NCBI GenBank assembly: GCA_038727515.1
Contig: JAVYVS010000006.1
Location: 13,088-77,087, forward strand
DNA: 64,000 nucleotides
DNA from: Candidatus Methanomethylicia archaeon
Lineage (GTDB): Archaea > Thermoproteota > Methanomethylicia > Culexarchaeales > Culexarchaeaceae
Direction: 5' to 3'
Shown: one piece after another, positions 61,952 to 64,000 of the stretch
How the letters are laid out: every line of letters begins with the position of its first letter
Numbering within the stretch: the first letter of the stretch is position 1
The notes under the pieces: model-generated
Databases searched by the model: none
What the model was told of the DNA's origin: nothing
What the model saw: the letters and a program-made list of their open reading frames with translations, nothing else
Program-made: the position numbers and the translations under genes

Positions 61952-64000
61952 CTTTCAATTCCCTTTGTTGGGTTCATGTATGGGACTGCAGGGCGACTAT
62001 ATGGCTTGACAACTTTCAATTCCCTTTGTTGGGTTCAGTGCTAGGCGTGCTCTTCTGCCTATTGTGCCTTTTTCCTTTGCTTTCAATTCCCTTTGTTGGG
62101 TTCTTTACATGAGGTGATTAGACATGAAAGTTGTACTTCTTTCAATTCCCTTTGTTGGGTTCTTTGCTTGCTTTTAAGCTTTTCGGTTCACTCTGCAGCT
62201 TTCAATTCCCTTTGTTGGGTTCCCCGGTTTGCGGCAGAAACATTAGGCTTAAAGGATTCATTACTTTCAATTCCCTTTGTTGGGTTCATATAACCGTAGT
62301 GTTAAGCATTGGCGGAATAATATCTTTCAATTCCCTTTGTTGGGTTCGGATCCTCCATGAACCCACCATCAGCCCTGCTTCTTTCGGCTTTCAATTCCCT
62401 TTGTTGGGTTCAGAGATGCAGCGACATCAAAGAATCAATTAAGGACAGTTATCTTTCAATTCCCTTTGTTGGGTTCGGTATCAAAGAGCTTCAAGGTCAT
62501 CTTCGCTCCGACTCGCTCTTTCAATTCCCTTTGTTGGGTTCGTGTTTATGCATCCAAATTTGGAGAAAACACTTAGGATAGCTTTCAATTCCCTTTGTTG
62601 GGTTCTATGGAACAGTAAGATTCGGTTTAGAGGTGAATAAAGAACTTTCAATTCCCTTTGTTGGGTTCTACATATTACAATATTTTTTCTAAAAATGTTC
62701 TTATTGACTTTCAATTCCCTTTGTTGGGTTCATATGTTTTGTCTCGAAATGTGTAGGTTTCGGGTATCCATCCTTTCAATTCCCTTTGTTGGGTTCTTAA
62801 TATATAACATTATTGGAACAATAATATTCACGATCACTTTCAATTCCCTTTGTTGGGTTCATAAGTGTTAGTGCCATTCCATTAAACCAACATGTATCAA
62901 CTTTCAATTCCCTTTGTTGGGTTCATTTTCGCAGTAATATCAACACTATATGGGTTCTACATTCTTTCAATTCCCTTTGTTGGGTTCCGAGCACTTACTA
63001 GAGAGTCCGAAATGCCGTAGACAGGTACTTTCAATTCCCTTTGTTGGGTTCAGGCAAATACGTAGTCTGGACAGATGTGGATGCCCTGATCTTTCAATTC
63101 CCTTTGTTGGGTTCTGATGACAAAACCTTTTTGTCATCAAAGGTCTTCCTTCAGCTTTCAATTCCCTTTGTTGGGTTCTCCCCATTCCTCCTCTTGGCTA
63201 TCTCAAGGAAGTCATCTATCTTTCAATTCCCTTTGTTGGGTTCATAGAGGATAAAAGAAAGGGATACAATAGGATAAAAGAAAGCTTTCAATTCCCTTTG
63301 TTGGGTTCGAATATTATGGTCCGCACTCGAGATAGTCCACTACGCAGTCTTTCAATTCCCTTTGTTGGGTTCGTTGGGGGGAGCATGGAGTACACTAAAA
63401 CAGAAAAACTAAAACTTTCAATTCCCTTTGTTGGGTTCACTGCTTTCTACCCTTAACCTCGATGAGTCCAAGCTCAATTCTTTCAATTCCCTTTGTTGGG
63501 TTCAAAACGATAGAGACATGATAGCATGTTTAAACCTCTTAAAACTTTCAATTCCCTTTGTTGGGTTCTAAGCCCCTTCTTAAGCAGAAATTTAATACCA
63601 AAAAATACTTTCAATTCCCTTTGTTGGGTTCATGACGCAAACCAATACTATAGGATTAGGGAAGATCTGGACTTTCAATTCCCTTTGTTGGGTTCATACG
63701 GACATGTAGAGTTCATTGTAAACCTAAATGCTTACTTTCAATTCCCTTTGTTGGGTTCCGAGGTAATTACTGATAGCGATGAAGGAAGGAGAATACACTT
63801 TCAATTCCCTTTGTTGGGTTCTTCAATGTGAGAGCCATTATTCCGCCATTAGCTTTTAATCTTTCAATTCCCTTTGTTGGGTTCAAGTTCAAGCACAAAT
63901 ATTCATAACCCATTCTACATTACACTTTCAATTCCCTTTGTTGGGTTCCCTAAGAGCATACGTAAAAAGGAAATACGGCAGCAAAGCATTCACAAACTTT
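61952..64000 (-). CRISPR. CRISPR array, repeat GAACCCAACAAAGGGAATTGAAAG (24 bp); 32 complete repeats plus a partial one at the window edge
   Basis: Identical CTTTCAATTCCCTTTGTTGGGTTC copies from 61952 to 63948 with ~35-43 nt unique spacers. The ATTGAAAG 3' handle and degenerate repeats on the left imply minus-strand transcription, with the leader beyond 64000. Confidence 0.99.

Noticed and set aside
62093-63831. ORFs within the CRISPR array
   Set aside because: Artefacts: the repeat has no stop codons, giving recurring FQFPLLGS/FNSLCWV peptides.
1-64000. tRNA/rRNA genes, cas genes, transposases and self-targeting spacers
   Set aside because: None recognised by eye. A self-match search of the spacers could not be done rigorously without tools.

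Overview
AT-rich (roughly 30% GC by eye) archaeal chromosomal segment, probably from a thermophilic TACK-group archaeon. This is inferred from deoxyhypusine synthase, archaemetzincin, Hjc, class III-signal pilins, GGTG/GGAGG ribosome-binding sites, TTTATATA promoters and a crenarchaeal-style 24-bp CRISPR repeat. Contents: nadA/nadC, dys, map, SOD/rubrerythrin, many peptidases and two racemase-family genes, a Liv-type ABC importer, a decayed patch of gene fragments (20.2-22.1 kb), two radical SAM genes, an eight-gene archaeal type IV pilus locus, two vapBC pairs whose toxins are both frameshifted, a heterodimeric ABC exporter, a box C/D guide sRNA, and the trailer end of a CRISPR array (32 full repeats, truncated by the window edge). 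Most notable: (1) a GC-rich 2.1-kb membrane FAD-oxidoreductase gene sits inside the CRISPR array, between the last perfect repeat and two degenerate trailer repeats, co-oriented with the inferred array transcription; (2) a sawtooth G/T versus A/C strand skew resets at many intergenic gaps. All calls come from motif recognition by eye; no database searches were run.
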